Positions 1 to 12,810 of a stretch of DNA of 64,000 nt are shown here, piece by piece (positions within the stretch are counted from its first letter, which is position 1; each line of letters starts with the position of its first letter). The position numbers and the translations under genes are program-made. The notes below the pieces were generated by a model. It saw nothing but the letters and a program-made list of their open reading frames with translations, was not told the DNA's origin and searched no databases. The stretch comes from Mobula hypostoma (Eukaryota), in NCBI RefSeq assembly GCF_963921235.1, contig NC_086109.1:36396001-36460000 (forward strand). Direction: 5' to 3'.

Positions 1-8
1 GAGTAGCA

Positions 9-263
9 ATGGCAGTTAGCGTCAGGTACCCTTTCCTCCTTGAATGGAATTTAAAACCTCAGGCAGAATGGAGCACAGTAGAGGAGGGCACTAAAGTTCT
101 ATGCCAGTGGGGTCTTATCACAGAATTATACTGTGATAGAGGCATCCCAAGAGAGGATATTGAATTAATTTCTGGAATGGCAGTACATGTGGTTACTGTG
201 GCAGTTTTCCCAATAAAAGGGGTAGTGCTGTCTTTTATAGCACCAGTGTTGGTCATCCTATAA
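9..263 (+). pseudogene. Retroviral Gag (ERV-L/class III-like capsid) fragment
   Basis: Motif spacing W-x2-VEEG...L...G...ED...M...V..A...K..V matches ERV-L Gag as I recall it; not searched. Confidence 0.55.
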
Positions 264-545
264 GTACAGTGATTCACAAGGATGTTGAGGGGGAAGGGTC
301 ATTCTTCAAATACTCTGCAGATAAGGATTCCTTTTGTCCTCTTCCAAATTCCTTGTATTCCATTCAGGGCTCTCTGCACATTCGCCAACATTGGGAGTCG
401 GGGGTGGTTAGCATATCTGTGCCTCTTTTAGGGAGGAGTTCATTTGTCCTGCATCCCTCTTTCCTGTAAATAACGTGTGAATGATCTGAATGTGGAGAAA
501 TGTGAGGTGTGGCCACATGTGTTAGTTTGCTTGTCTGTGTGTGTT

Positions 546-548
<3 letters not shown>

Positions 549-576
<28 letters not shown>
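549..576. repeat. (GT)n microsatellite
   Basis: Directly visible GT run. Confidence 0.95.
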
Positions 577-578
<2 letters not shown>

Positions 579-1790
579 ACTTTGCTTTTAAGAGGCTGTG
601 AATGCAGTGAATATATTGGGCTCTGCGCAGTTGTTTTTTTTTCCTTCTCAGTTCTCTGATAAGTATTGTTTCTATGTGAGAAATTAACTGTTTTAAGTTT
701 TCATGAAGTTCCATACAAAGTTTCAAAAGAAGAGGAGTACATCTTGGGCTTTGGGCTTTGTGTTTTGTGTTTGTTTAGTCAGCTACTTTGTTTCTTGTCG
801 TTTTAAATTTGTTATGTGTTTATTGTGTCTTTGTTAATTGTGTCCCCATGTAATTGGTTTAGAGATGACTCATTTCATACTGGCTATATGAAATTTGAGT
901 TGAAATTTGGTAGAAATTTGGGCATCTTTATACTGGATTTGAGATGACAATATTGAACAGGGAATTAAGCTTTGGGGAGCAATTCTGGTAGTTGTGTTGT
1001 TTTTGTGTTTTCTAAATATCCAGTGACTAATCAGGAGCAAGTGCATTTGTATCTCGCTGCATTTTAGAATGGTGGATGCTGACTTGTGGTGGGAGATCCT
1101 GTGATACATTCTTGGGAATGATGTTTGAATTTTCACACTGGATAAATGGATCAGATTGCTGAATTAGTATGAAGATTCCTTACTACATCACTGAAGGGCT
1201 GCCACTGATATTGATCCCTTTGACAGGGAACAGAATATTGTAGGAATTATTTGGCTTCTCAAGTTTTGACATTCTGTTTTGGGGAGCTGGGAGGGAATTA
1301 TCCCAGAATATGGAAACAACCTTAAGAGACTTGAGCCTTAATAGCCCTGGTGGAATGGGTGCTTTATGAGCTGGTATTTCCCTATGTGCCATTTATATAA
1401 TTGGGATGTCCTGACTCTTGCAGTGATTTTCCTACTTGACAGAGTGTTGGTGCAGGTAGCACGTTGTGTACAGGTAAAGAGTGCAAGATGGATGGCAAAT
1501 GTAAGTCGGAACAGCATCCTGGGATGGCTGTGTCTAGCCAAATGGTATTGTGAGGCTGGGCACTTGTTGGATGCTGAATGGCACTTACTGGATATGCAGT
1601 TCCTAGGCCAACCCATGGGTCCCACAGGGCAGTGCAATTGAAATGTGGTGCTGTATGTATGCCTCCCTGGTGCTCTGGATAAACACCTTGCTCATACTGG
1701 TTGGTAAGAGGGCTATTACAAAGGAAGGATGCTTTGATTGATAGACCTTTTCAGCATGGTACAGCCAGACTGCCCAAGGGGCTGATTTTG

Positions 1791-2075
1791 ATGACCTTAG
1801 ATTACCTGTTCACAACGAAAGAAGGCACTTGAATTGCTATTGGTCAAGAATGTTACACCAACAATCCTGACAGGTCGAGTAACTTTACTTACTCAGTTTA
1901 TCATATCTCAGAGTCAGTGTATAAGATTAAGTTGGAGTACCAGTTCATTGGCTATTACACTCCAGTGTAGGGCTGGTGGCCTTTAGGAGCACAAGGAGTC
2001 TACTACTGTAGTATACTGGGAGGTGACTATTGGGTTTATGGTACTGGGTAATGTACTTTTAGGATTCAAATGCAA
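1791..2075 (+). pseudogene. Retroviral envelope TM subunit remnant
   Basis: TLDYLFTTKEGT*IAIGQECYT resembles ALDYLLAxxGGxCxxIGxECCT; the TGA and TAC codons are each one base from Cys codons. Followed by GWWPLG and, in a shifted frame, hydrophobic VTIGFMVLGNVLLGFKC. Confidence 0.65.
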
Positions 2076-2499
2076 CTTTGGGAGTTCGAAGGGTGGTGTG
2101 TCCTGTGGGGGGCATGTCTTATTCTGATTATCAAAATTTGCTTCTGTTATGATTGGTTAGTTTACAAACTGCAGTTGCTTTTTCCATTGGATAGCTACCT
2201 GTTGTCCAGTTTCAGATATCCTGGGTATATAGGAAGCACTTGTGGGAGGTTCTAGCTCTCTTCCTTGGATTAAGGCAAGCGTGCACATGATGATTGGAAA
2301 GGTAAGCTCTGCACACACTTTTAGTTTGTTGAATGTTAGTTTTTTGTTGAATGTTCAGCTTTGTAGTGTCTGTAACTTGAGGAACATGTATGTTTGGTTG
2401 AATTTTTACTGTTTGTAAATAAATGATTAATATACCTATTCGAAGTTAGTGCATTTCCTGTCTCACTTGCTGGACCTGCAGACCTGATTCAACATTACA

Positions 2500-2820
2500 G
2501 ATAACTGCAAGCAGGCTTTTTCCATTGAGGTTGAGTGAGACTACAACAAGAGGTCAATGGGTTAAGGATGAAAGGTGAAATGTTTATGGGGAACATGAGG
2601 GGAAAATTCTTTACTCAGAGGGTCATGGGAGTATGGAATGAGCTGGCATTGCAAGTGGTGGATGTGACTTTGATTTCAAAGTTTAAGAGAAGTTTGGTTA
2701 GCTACATGGATATGGAGCACTATGGGACAGGCACAAGTTGATAGGATTTGGCAGTTTAAATGGTTGGGCATGGACTAGATGGGCCAAATGTGCTGTAGTT
2801 TTTTACAATTCTATAACTCT
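2500..2820 (+). mobile_element. CR1 LINE 3' fragment
   Basis: ORF 2535..2741 has FFTQRVMGVWNEL, the CR1 ORF2 C-terminus, followed by a CR1-type 3' UTR. Confidence 0.85.
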
Positions 2821-3056
2821 TTTTCTGCTTCATCAATACCTGCACTGCAGTGTCTCACAATCTTGTATTTTATGCTTTTTGGTATCCTTACTCAAAAAAT
2901 AGTAATTGGCATTGGCTTCTGAAACAAAAAAAAACTTTGCCTTTTGTAGCAATGATGCACCTAGCTTTAAATTGGGTCAGACCTCATGGTATTGAATTCC
3001 TCCTAAGACAGTAAAAAATATGGTTGGAATTGACTGCACGTCATTATCAATATGAA

Positions 3057-3440
3057 GAACAAAGCAACATACACAAAATGCTGGAGAAACACAGCAGGTC
3101 AGGCAGCATCTATGGAAAGGAGTAAACATTCAATGTTTCAAGCTGAGATCCTTCTTCGGGACAGCTGAAGAACGGTCTCAAAGGTTCAAAGGTACATTTT
3201 ATTATCGAAGTATCAGAATCATCTTCCCGAGATAGCCATAAAATACAGAAGTCATTGAGTCAGGGGGGACGCCCTCCCTCCCAAACAAAACCAAAACTCG
3301 TAAACCCCTAACCCCCCCCCAAACTCTCAGCCCAAAACATTGACTGTTTACTCTTTTCCATAGATGCTGCCTGACTTACCGAGTTCCTCAAGCATTTTGT
3401 GTGTGTTGCTTTGTTTTTCCAGCATCTGCAGATTTTCTCA
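3057..3440. mobile_element. Penelope-type palindromic terminal repeat with decayed hammerhead core, interrupted by another repeat fragment
   Basis: ~3062-3155 (CACAAAATGCTGGAG...GCAGCATCTATGG) is the inverted repeat of ~3325-3410. CTGAAGA at 3165 and CCCAAAAC near 3331 flank an insertion of roughly 145 bp. Confidence 0.65.
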
Positions 3441-4539
3441 TAAATATGATGCCCGCTGTCTGAACCAGAAATAGTGACCAAAATCTGATTTGCTTCTATT
3501 GTCAGTACATCAAAGTTAACCAAGTACATACTTGTTTTAAAATTTCTCTGCTGTGGGGGACAGTTTCTCTGTACCCACCATTTCAAATTCCTTTATTATT
3601 TAAAGACCACAAATTATCACCAATGCTCAATTGAAACTCCAGGGAATTCAAAGATTATGCAATTTCTTCTGAGAATATAATCATATAAACTCTGATATCA
3701 TTATAGATCCCCTCCAAGGTGACTGCACCTTAGTCAGTTCTGTGGCTGAAAACTGAATGCAGTTCAATAAAAATGGTCAGTCCAAAGCTCTGTGCTAAAA
3801 AAAATCTTCTTGCATCTGAATGCCAGCCTCCATGTTTTAAAATATTCACCACTTCACTAACTTTTTTTGTTACCTATTGAACATATGCACTAGCATTTAG
3901 AAAGATAAATATATGGCAAACAGGATCTCTTTCCTTCACAACAACATAATTTCACACTAAATAAATACTCAATTTTTTGTCTCTCAGATTAGTGTGAAAG
4001 TTTCATGTACATTGAGTTCTAGTACCATATTTCTGATTACTCCTTTGCTCTCCCTACAGACATCTATAAATTCCATTCTTACATTTCTTCAGTGTCTTCT
4101 ACAAATTTATATATACAATTCTCAATTATATTCAATAACAATCTACTACAGATTCAACAGTGATGTATGTTAATCGGACCAATGAAAGTTCCCTGTAATC
4201 TTGTTTGCCATTTTCATCTTTCTAACCATGACTGGTCCAAGGAACAAGTTTACTGCCAATCCCGAGCGGTGTTTCTTTTTCTAGTTATCTCTTGCTCAAA
4301 GTTTGATTAAATGCCTTAGGCAGCACTTTAGACTTTGCACAAATGATTGTGCTAGTAACTTGCTGATTAAGTACCTGATCTGCTCTTGCCTTCACAAGCT
4401 CAGTTTGCTTTCTGCTGGGATGTGGAACAGTGTTTGTTTCAGTCCTACCTGGGCACACTCAGTCTACTCTTTTCTTTTCTCTGACTGCATTGCTGCTGCT
4501 GCTTCCGACACTCATGCAGAACTCAATTTTATACTTTAC

Positions 4540-4810
4540 GTGCCAATTTCCACCCTAGCCCCATCTTCAAATAGTCCATCTCAGACAATTCCCCTTCTTT
4601 TCTCTATCTCTCTGCCTCCATCTCTGGGCAGCTAGCTACTAACATTCATTACAAGCCTACTGACATCCCCACAGTTATTTCAACAATTCTTAGTCACACC
4701 CTGCCTCCTGTAATTACTCTCCCAGTTCTTCTATCTCTGCTTCTTTTACTTCAATGAAAAGAGTTCCCATGCAGATATAGCCGAAGTGTCTTACTTTTTG
4801 ACTGCATGTT
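4540..4810 (+). mobile_element. Penelope-like element RT fragment (degenerate)
   Basis: Translates with frameshifts to T-N-I-H-Y-K-P-T-D...S-H-P...C...SQF, matching the PLE RT motif YKPTD.H.YL..SSHP. Confidence 0.6.
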
Positions 4811-6254
4811 TCAAAAGAACACACAACATGAATACTTTGCAATATATCACTATTTCACGCATGGGGAATATAAAATTGTTTCACTTCAGTGTCAAGATAT
4901 AATTTTGATGATCAGACAACACTACTAACAATCAAGCTCTTTTCTTGAATTTAGAACTATTATTGAAAATCTTGATTGCCTTGAACCTTTAAAGCATGTT
5001 TCTAATTATCTATTATTCTTATAATCATGGTTAATAGTCAGATCTAAACCTAATTGCCACTTGTAAAAACAGTGGCATTGTGGAAGAGCAGGGAGAGGAG
5101 AATTAAGGAATCAAATGAAAGGAATTCCAGCTGGATAAATTAGTAGTGAAAGTCAATAGAGAGGAGAAGCTATTATTGAGAAAAATAGTTTACTGAACGG
5201 ATTCAAGAGATCTAAAAAAGGAACTTAAATCTGAACCATGACCTGTGACAGCTCAAGGATACAGTTATGCTGGACAACTTACTATTAATGTGTCAAGAAA
5301 AGGCTGGTGCAAATAAATTGTTGTATGTTTTTAGTGTACAAGGTTTGATAATGAAATCATATCAGGTTTATTCTAAATAACTTCAAAAAAAAAACTTCTT
5401 CAGTCTATCAGTTATTAGCACCTGAAAGAAACACCTGATAGTATGTTATTTAATGTCTAGGAAAGTTTAAATCCAATCTCGAGGACAAATATTTATTTTA
5501 AAGGCATTTCTCTGCTACCATTGCTTGGTAACAAAAGCCCAATGACAAATGTATGTATATATATATATATATATATATAAAACAATTCAGCACACATGAA
5601 CATTTCTTGTCACCTCTTTCATTGGGAACGTTCACTGTTTTGCAGCAGTTTAATTTTCCTCCCGGCTGCCTTCTAACCTTTAGATGAGGTCAATTGTAAC
5701 AGAAACTTATTCAACATTGCTTGAACACTGCTGCTGAGAAATTGGCACAAGGATGTGTAATAACAGAAGCAGCCACCTGTGAAAAGAAATCTAGGTTATA
5801 CAGTATCTATTTGCTGTCCTTTACAAATGGGAACTGATTCTTGTCCAACAGGAAATATATTATAACCAACAAACTTTCACTTATGGGATGCAATTGTATC
5901 TGTTCTATCTCAGATAAAGTTAGTCATAAGATATTCATAGGGGTTTTATTTGTTTCTCTTGCTGGCATTCAAGATAAAAAGGAAAGAATCAAATCTTCAG
6001 CAAAGTGGAATCTGTAAGCCTCTTCCTAATCCTGATTGGTGACCCAGAAACTGCCACAGGAAGCAGTTCTTTCTGTGCAGATCAAACATACTTTTTATCT
6101 CTTGGTAACAACAATAACTATCTTCATTTCTATCCAACTTAAATTTATTTGCAAAGAAAAATCAATGCTTATTGGAAAAATACATAATTAAAAAAATAAG
6201 TCAGTGGAAGAATTATGGTATCAGAAAATTGCTGAAATATAGTGCAACTATAAT

Positions 6255-6864
6255 CAGAGGATTCTGGTTAACTGGGACACATTGGGTCCAGTACATTTTG
6301 GTCCAATTAAGTAGCTGTACCAATAAGCCGAAGTTTCAATGAAGTAGTTAAAAAGGTATATAACAAAAGACAAACTGAGTAACATATTATATATTTAAAT
6401 GAAATGCAGAATAAATTATAACACTACCAATACTACTACAGTAGTACAAAACTGTGAGTTAGTTCCTGATTGTTATTGATGGAGGAATTCATATGCAACA
6501 TATTCTTTTGACTGTAAATTAACAGAATCAACAGAGATACCTAGTGAGGAACACGAACTGCCTTCACACAATGCTATCAATGACTGCATCCACCAAGCCT
6601 TCATTTTCATTGTAAGATTCAAGGTGATTGTTGACACCTTCAAATTCTTTGTTGTTTCTAGTTTGTGAAGCAGTGAATTCGTAGTGACTGACGCTACAGT
6701 TTCAGTCCTGTTCGGCCACAGTCCTGTCTCAATTAAGCGACACAGTGTCCCAAATCAATGAAGGGAATCCGGGAATTTTCTTGATTGATTTTTGTTCTTT
6801 AAGAGTTGTCTCAAATAAGCAGCTACCCTAATTAACTGATGACTAAATTAACCAGAATTCACTT
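6255..6864. mobile_element. Non-autonomous DNA transposon (Tc1/mariner-Tigger-like MITE)
   Basis: Imperfect TIRs CAGAGGATTCTGGTTAA ... TTAACCAGAATTCACT, subterminal CCAATTAA/CCCTAATTAA repeats and AT-rich flanks. Confidence 0.65.
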
Positions 6865-7029
6865 ATATTATTCATACCTTTGTATGACAGGGACCAATCT
6901 TAAATTTGCTAAATTAGGCACTTAAGTTATTCAAATAAATTATCCAAATTTCTCTACAATTAGGACTGTTGGCTTTACAATGATATCCTCTTTCCATGGA
7001 TATCATTGGGTTACACAGTGTTACAACTG

Positions 7030-7245
7030 GTGGAACTGGCTGGTGCCTTACAGCTCTAGCTAATTGGGTTCATCCCTGACCTCTTGCTACTTGTGTGGTT
7101 TGTGCACATTCTCCCTGGTGGTATGTGGATGGGGGTCTCCTCAGATGCAAATAGACAGCTTAATTGGCTTCTCTAAAGTACCCATAATTTGTAGGTGAAT
7201 GAATGAATCTGAGGGAAGTTGCTGGAGATCTAGGGGGAATAAAAT
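7030..7245 (+). mobile_element. tRNA-derived SINE (V-SINE/HE1-like), degenerate
   Basis: B-box-like GGGTTCATCCC followed by the TGTGTGG...GCACATTCTCCCTG core. Confidence 0.55.
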
Positions 7246-7879
7246 GATCTTGCTCTGGACCATGTCTCCACTAACAAACACCAGGTCACCATCTCCAGAC
7301 TTCAGCAGTTCTCTTTATCTTGGACAAATTCCCCTCCAAAGCCTCTAACCTCATATTGGCTCAACCTTGCATTGCACACTTCTACCTCTTACTGAAGATC
7401 CATGAGCAGGACTGGCTTGATGGGCCTTTTGTTTCTGCCTGATCTTGAGCTCACTTCTTCCTATCTATAGTCCATCCTGCTCACCCTTTTTATGTGCCTT
7501 CCCACATACATCTGGGACATCATCATGCCTGTCATCACACATAGGCAGCTGGGTGCTAATAAATCCCTAAACAAATATAACATGTTAAGACCAAGAATGA
7601 AGAGTGAATCCAGGAAAACAAAAAAGAGGGTATGAGTTCGATTGGGCAGGCGGGGCTAAGGATAATCCCATGAGTATCTTCAGTTAATTCAGCAGTAAAA
7701 GGGTGATTAGGGTAAGGCTAGGTTCTCCTAATGACCACCAGGGCCACCTTTGTGTAAAGCTGCAGGAGGTGGCTGAGATTTTAATATCTGTTTCTCCTTG
7801 GTACTTAATGAAGAGAATATCATTGATGCCAAAGTAATTAGAGAAATAATTAGTGAGGTCTTGGATCATTGCATATTTC

Positions 7880-9025
7880 AAGGAATGAGGTATTTGTAGT
7901 CTTTAAGCACCTTAAGTTGGGCAAATCCTCAGAGCCTGACTAAGTGCAACCTTGGTTCTAATGGGAGGTTAGGGAAGAAATTGCAGAAGCCCATGTAGAG
8001 GTACTGGAGAAGTTTCAGAAGAGTGGAAGATGGCTAATGTTGTTCTATTATTTAAGAAGGGAAATATGGTCAGGCCAGTTACTGCAGGAAATTCTGTGGA
8101 CCAAGATCTGCCATCACTTAGGTAGCCAAGGCCTGATCAGGAAGAGTCAGCATGTTTTTGTGTGTGAGAGGTCAGGTCTGACATACATTTTTGAGTTTTT
8201 CAAAGAGGTACTTCAGGGGTTAGATGAAGGTAGGGCAGTCGATGTTGTCTATACGGACTATAGTGAGGCCTTTGACAAGGCAGGCTGATCTGGAAGATTG
8301 GGTTGCATGAGATTCAGGAGGAGCTAGTGAGGTGAATTCAGAATAGGCTCAGTGATTGGAAGCACAGGATGATAAGTGAAGGTTACTACTCTGACTAGTG
8401 AGTAGGGAGTTGCTCCAGAATCAGTGTTGGGACCATTGTTATTCATTATTTATGTAAAAGATTTGGATACAAAAGCACAAGGCATGCTTAACAAGCTTCC
8501 TGATGATAAATTTAGGGATCTCGTTAATGGTGAAACAGGTTACAATGAATTGCAAAATGATCTTGAGCAGTTAATGAGATGGGTTGAGAAATGACAAATG
8601 GATTTCAATTTATATAAGTATGAGGCGATGCATTTTGGACAGTCAAACCAGGGTAGGACTTATACAGTGAACAGCAGGGTACAGGGTGTTTTGTTGTGGA
8701 ACAGAGAGTCCTGGGTGTATACGTGTACAGTTCATCGAAAGCAGCTGTGCAAGAGCCATTTAGCATGTTGGCTGTAATCAATCAGGTAACTGAGTTTAGG
8801 AGCAGGGATATTATACTGAAGTTATATAAGTTGTTGTTGAGGCTGCATTTGGAATATTGTGTATAGTTTTCATCACACTTCAATAGAAAAGATATTATTA
8901 AGTTGGAGAAGGTACAGAGGAGATTTACAAGGACACTGTATGGACTTGAGGGTTCGAATTACAGAAGAGGTTGGCCACAATGGATTTTTAGGCCCTGGAA
9001 TATAAGAAAGTAGGAGGGGATCTTA
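7880..9025 (+). mobile_element. CR1 LINE ORF2 (RT) fragment, degenerate
   Basis: ORF 8037..8288 has SQHVF...LDEGRAVDVVYTDYSEAFDK; GVxQxSVLGPLLF downstream. Confidence 0.85.
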
Positions 9026-10069
9026 CAATTGCAATACAGATTTCACTCTTTGTGATAACCTTAACTATGGATTTGGGTAAGTGTTAGTCGTGACTGTATG
9101 TTGTTGGTTAAGATTGGTGGTTACGCAAAAAATGCCCAATTAGAGAAAAATCTGTCAATGATTTTTCTGTCTGAGTGCTGTGAATTGGCTGACATCAGGC
9201 GTGCTAGCTTCATCAGCATTGTGCTCATGTTTCACACGTACAGTACACCAGACCAAGGTTTTCCCTACAGACAATAAGTGATATCACTTGCCATTCTGCT
9301 AACAAAATTAAGTTATTGGGCTATGGCATAGCACGTAAAAATTATGCTTTACATAAATGACTTTCCAGACTATATTTCTCTGAAAACTGAAAATTCTGAA
9401 AAACAAATAAATAGCTGTTTTTCTTTAGTTTGCTATATTGAGTGGTTCTTGTAAATTAGGAGATTTCAATATATGGTTCAGTGACTAATTTCTTTGGGAA
9501 AATTAATAGTAGATCAAAGGACTTTAAATATGTCTGAATGTTTCATAATTGTCATTTATAATTAACTACACTATTCTTGGATTCTATCCACAATCAAATC
9601 TTGGACAAAAATTGTTCTAAATGTAATTTTCATTTAAGTGGTATTTCTTTGACTTCAATTCCCACTTTTTCTAGTAGCACTGTTTCATCTACCAAGACTT
9701 TGCTTGGGTATTGACAGGGGTGGGTTTTATAGTTGGTGGGAAGTGGTGGCAACTAAAAACAAGAAGCAATAAAATTTGTTTCCCACATACAATATATTTC
9801 AGCTCCAAGGCACACACCTTTAAAAGATGATGTGTTTTCCAAACAGAAATCAGCTTATTTCACAGGTGTAACTCCCATTTAGGCACTGCAGGTCCTAAAT
9901 GAGTTCACAGAAGCAAGTGGATGTGATTCCAGTTATGCTAATATGTCTCTGGAGGAAGGAAGGAAGGAAATTGTTGCTGATGGTGGATGAAATGAAGGGA
10001 GAAGCATTTCTGTTCCCCTTTGCTGGGAGTAGGTTAACAACCCATTTCTTGACCTTCCTTTATTAACCC

Positions 10070-10941
10070 CCAAGGGCAGTGAGCCAGACTGGACTGTGCT
10101 CAGGGATTCATCTTCGAGTCTGACTGCATACCCCACAGTTGTCACTGACTTCATTAAACTCCGAGTGGATAAGTGTGTGCCTACGAGAACGTTTCGAACA
10201 TACCCAAATCAAAAGCCATGGATAACCAAGAGATTTATAGTCTGAGGGATAGATTTGTGGCATTCAAATCTGGTGATCTAGGACTATAAAAAAGGCCAAC
10301 CAGACTTATCTGTCTCAAGAGCAAAATAACAATTTCAATTGAGGCTAGAGGAAAAATCAGATGAAAGTTTATTCTGGCAGGTTTTGCAGGCCACTTAACA
10401 ATTTCAAGTTCATGGACATGAACATCTCTGGGGATCTATTCTGTGCCCAGTGTATTGAATCAGTTACAAAGAAGGCATAACAGTGACCATAGTTTCATTC
10501 AGAGTTTGAGGAGATTTGATATGTCACCAAAGGCTGTCACAAATTTTTACAGATGTACCGTGGAGAGCATTCTAACTGACTACTGCACAATCAGGTAATA
10601 GTGGGGTGGGGGAAGGGGGGACACTGTACAGTTTTGAAATAAGCTGCAGATATTTGTCAACTCCATCATGGGCACTAGCCTCCTCAGCATCCAGGACACC
10701 TTCAAAGAGCAATGCCTCAAAAAAACATCATTCGTTATTAAGGACTCCCATCATTTGGGATATATCCTCTTTTCATTGCTACCATCACGGAGGAGGTACA
10801 AGAGCCGAATGACATACAGCCAATAATTCAGGAATAGCATCTACCCCTCTGCCACCAGATTCCTGAATAGACATTGAACCCATGAACACCACCTCACTAT
10901 TTATTTTTCTCTTTTTGCACTACTTATTTAATTTAACTTTA

Positions 10942-10989
<48 letters not shown>

Positions 10990-11030
10990 TTTATGACATA
11001 TGCCAGTATATTAAACCTAGTTCTGATTCT
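10070..11030 (+). mobile_element. Rex1/Babar-type LINE fragments with (TA)n in the 3' UTR
   Basis: NFYRCTVESILT motif near 10541-10580, the typical 3' end TAAACCTAGTTCTGATTCT, and an upstream remnant resembling PNQKPWIT. Confidence 0.65.
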
Positions 11031-11384
11031 ACTTTCTATTAAATCGGCTTAAGGATAACCCTGCAATAACAGAAACAGAAAATACTCAGCAGGTGCGGCC
11101 ACATCTATTCAGATCTAACAAAGCTCTCTGACCAGAAACATTAGATCTATTTCTCTTCCAACAGATGCAGCCTGACCTGCTGAGTATTTTCCAACATTTC
11201 CTAAATTTGATTTTTAAATTTCCACTAACCATTTTGATGGTGAGTGCTCCTATCTACGTGATATACAGAGTGTGCTATGGCTAAAATTGATGATTAAATA
11301 AAGTTAAGAAGAAAATCAAATTGTGAAAAGTTTATGAAATGGTGTAGTTTGTTTGTTTGTTTGTTTGTTTATTTATTTATTTAT

Positions 11385-11635
11385 ACAGCACAGGATAGGC
11401 CCTGATGGCTCTTTGAGCCATGCCGGCCAGCAATCCTCCAATTTAATCTTAGCCTAAACACGGGTCAATTTGGAACGACCAATTAACCTACCAACTGTTA
11501 CATCTGTGGGATGTGAGAGGAAATCAGAAAACCCGGAGGAAACCCACACAGTTACAGGGAGACGTACATACTCCTTACAGGCTGTGACAGGAATTGAACT
11601 TGGATCACCTGTACAGTAAAGCTACCATGCCGCAG
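11385..11635 (-). mobile_element. tRNA-derived SINE (V-SINE-like) with (GTTT/ATTT)n tail
   Basis: GGAAATCAGAAAACCCGGAGGAAACCCAC core and reverse B-box GGAATTGAAC. Confidence 0.7.
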
Positions 11636-11729
11636 TAGGTTCAGCAGGTGGGCAAAAAATCTTACCCGATGGAGACTAATGGGAAAAAATGTGATGCTTT
11701 CAATGCATGCCACCTTTAGAACAAGCTAA

Positions 11730-12100
11730 GATTATGAAAGGAACTAGATTGTAACATAAGAGTTCTAGGTAGGGTTCGTGCAAGCAGGCTTTTTCCACTG
11801 AGGTTGGGCAAGAGATCATAGGTTAAGGATGAAAGGTTAACTGTTTATGGAGATCTTAAGGGGAAACTTCTTCACTCAGGGGATGTTATGGGTGTAGAAT
11901 GAGCCGCCACTGGAAGTGATGAATGTGGGTTCAATTGCAATATTTAAGAGAAGTCTGAATAAATACACGGATGGGAGAGTTAATCGGGCTATAGTCCAGG
12001 TGTGGTTTCATGGGACTAGGCAAACTAACAGTTTGTCATGGACTAGATGGACTGAAGAGTCTCTTTGTGTGTTGTGGTACTCTGTTGTGGACACTATGAC
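11730..12100 (+). mobile_element. CR1 LINE 3' fragment
   Basis: GGGAAACTTCTTCACTCAG motif and CR1-type 3' UTR. Confidence 0.75.
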
Positions 12101-12369
12101 TACAAGTGTAAGTCATTTTATCCTTCACTATTGGAGAGTTTTTTTTAAGTTTATGAACATGTGGTTTGATTTCTACAGTGCTCCTGTTTCCAAAAAATTA
12201 GAGTGATGTTGACAGACATCTGGTAGACAAGATGTCAATGAGAATGATGCTGGTAGACATCATTTTAAAGGTGATAGAGGTTGATCTGATTTTTTTATGA
12301 AGGCGGATGTGATGGAAGATGAAGATAAGGGAAACTCCACCCTTTCTTGGTGTGAAAAGAAAGCCCTCC

Positions 12370-12810
12370 CTTCCCATTCACTATTTCAAAGTGTTCTATT
12401 CTCTCCCCAATACTCAAAATTAACATCTAGTCTTTCACATCATCTTCCTATACATTGGCCAGAGATGCTACATCTACAGACTTACTCCTTTCCCCACCCA
12501 CCATCCAAGAACCCAAACATCTGAAGCTGTGATTAACTTGCACTTCTCCTAGTTTAGTGTAATTAATTTAGAGACCATGTCTACATCGGAGAAATCAATC
12601 TCAATTTTGAAGACTGCTTTGTAGAATGTCACCATGCAACCTGCAACATTGCCTATCAGTTTAATTCTTCCCCCGACTCTTTAGAATCTGACATTTTACA
12701 CCGTTCCATTAAATTTAAAGTGAACTCAAGAAACAACAAAACATCTTCTCCCCAGGCAAGCAATGCTTGGGAGTTAAATTTGAATTTAATAATTTCAGAT
12801 AACCTGCCCT
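12370..12810 (+). mobile_element. Penelope-like element GIY-YIG endonuclease fragment (degenerate)
   Basis: TCTSPSLV...YIGE...L..ED.F.E...A.QFNS pattern around 12535-12670. Confidence 0.55.

Larger units (their letters stand above)
1..2499 (+). mobile_element. Degenerate, internally deleted endogenous retrovirus (gag remnant, env TM remnant, 3' LTR), truncated by the window start
   Basis: ORF 9..263 (WSTVEEGTKVLCQWGL...REDIELISGM..VV..AV.PIKGVVLS) resembles class III/ERV-L capsid. 1791-1890 reads MTLDYLFTTKEGT*IAIGQECYTNNPD, a decayed env ISD/CX6CC region. An LTR-like end has AATAAA at 2418-2423 and finishes ...TTACA at 2499. Confidence 0.6.

Noticed and set aside
364..726. His/Thr-rich 120-aa ORF
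   Set aside because: Artefact of translating the (CA)n microsatellite.
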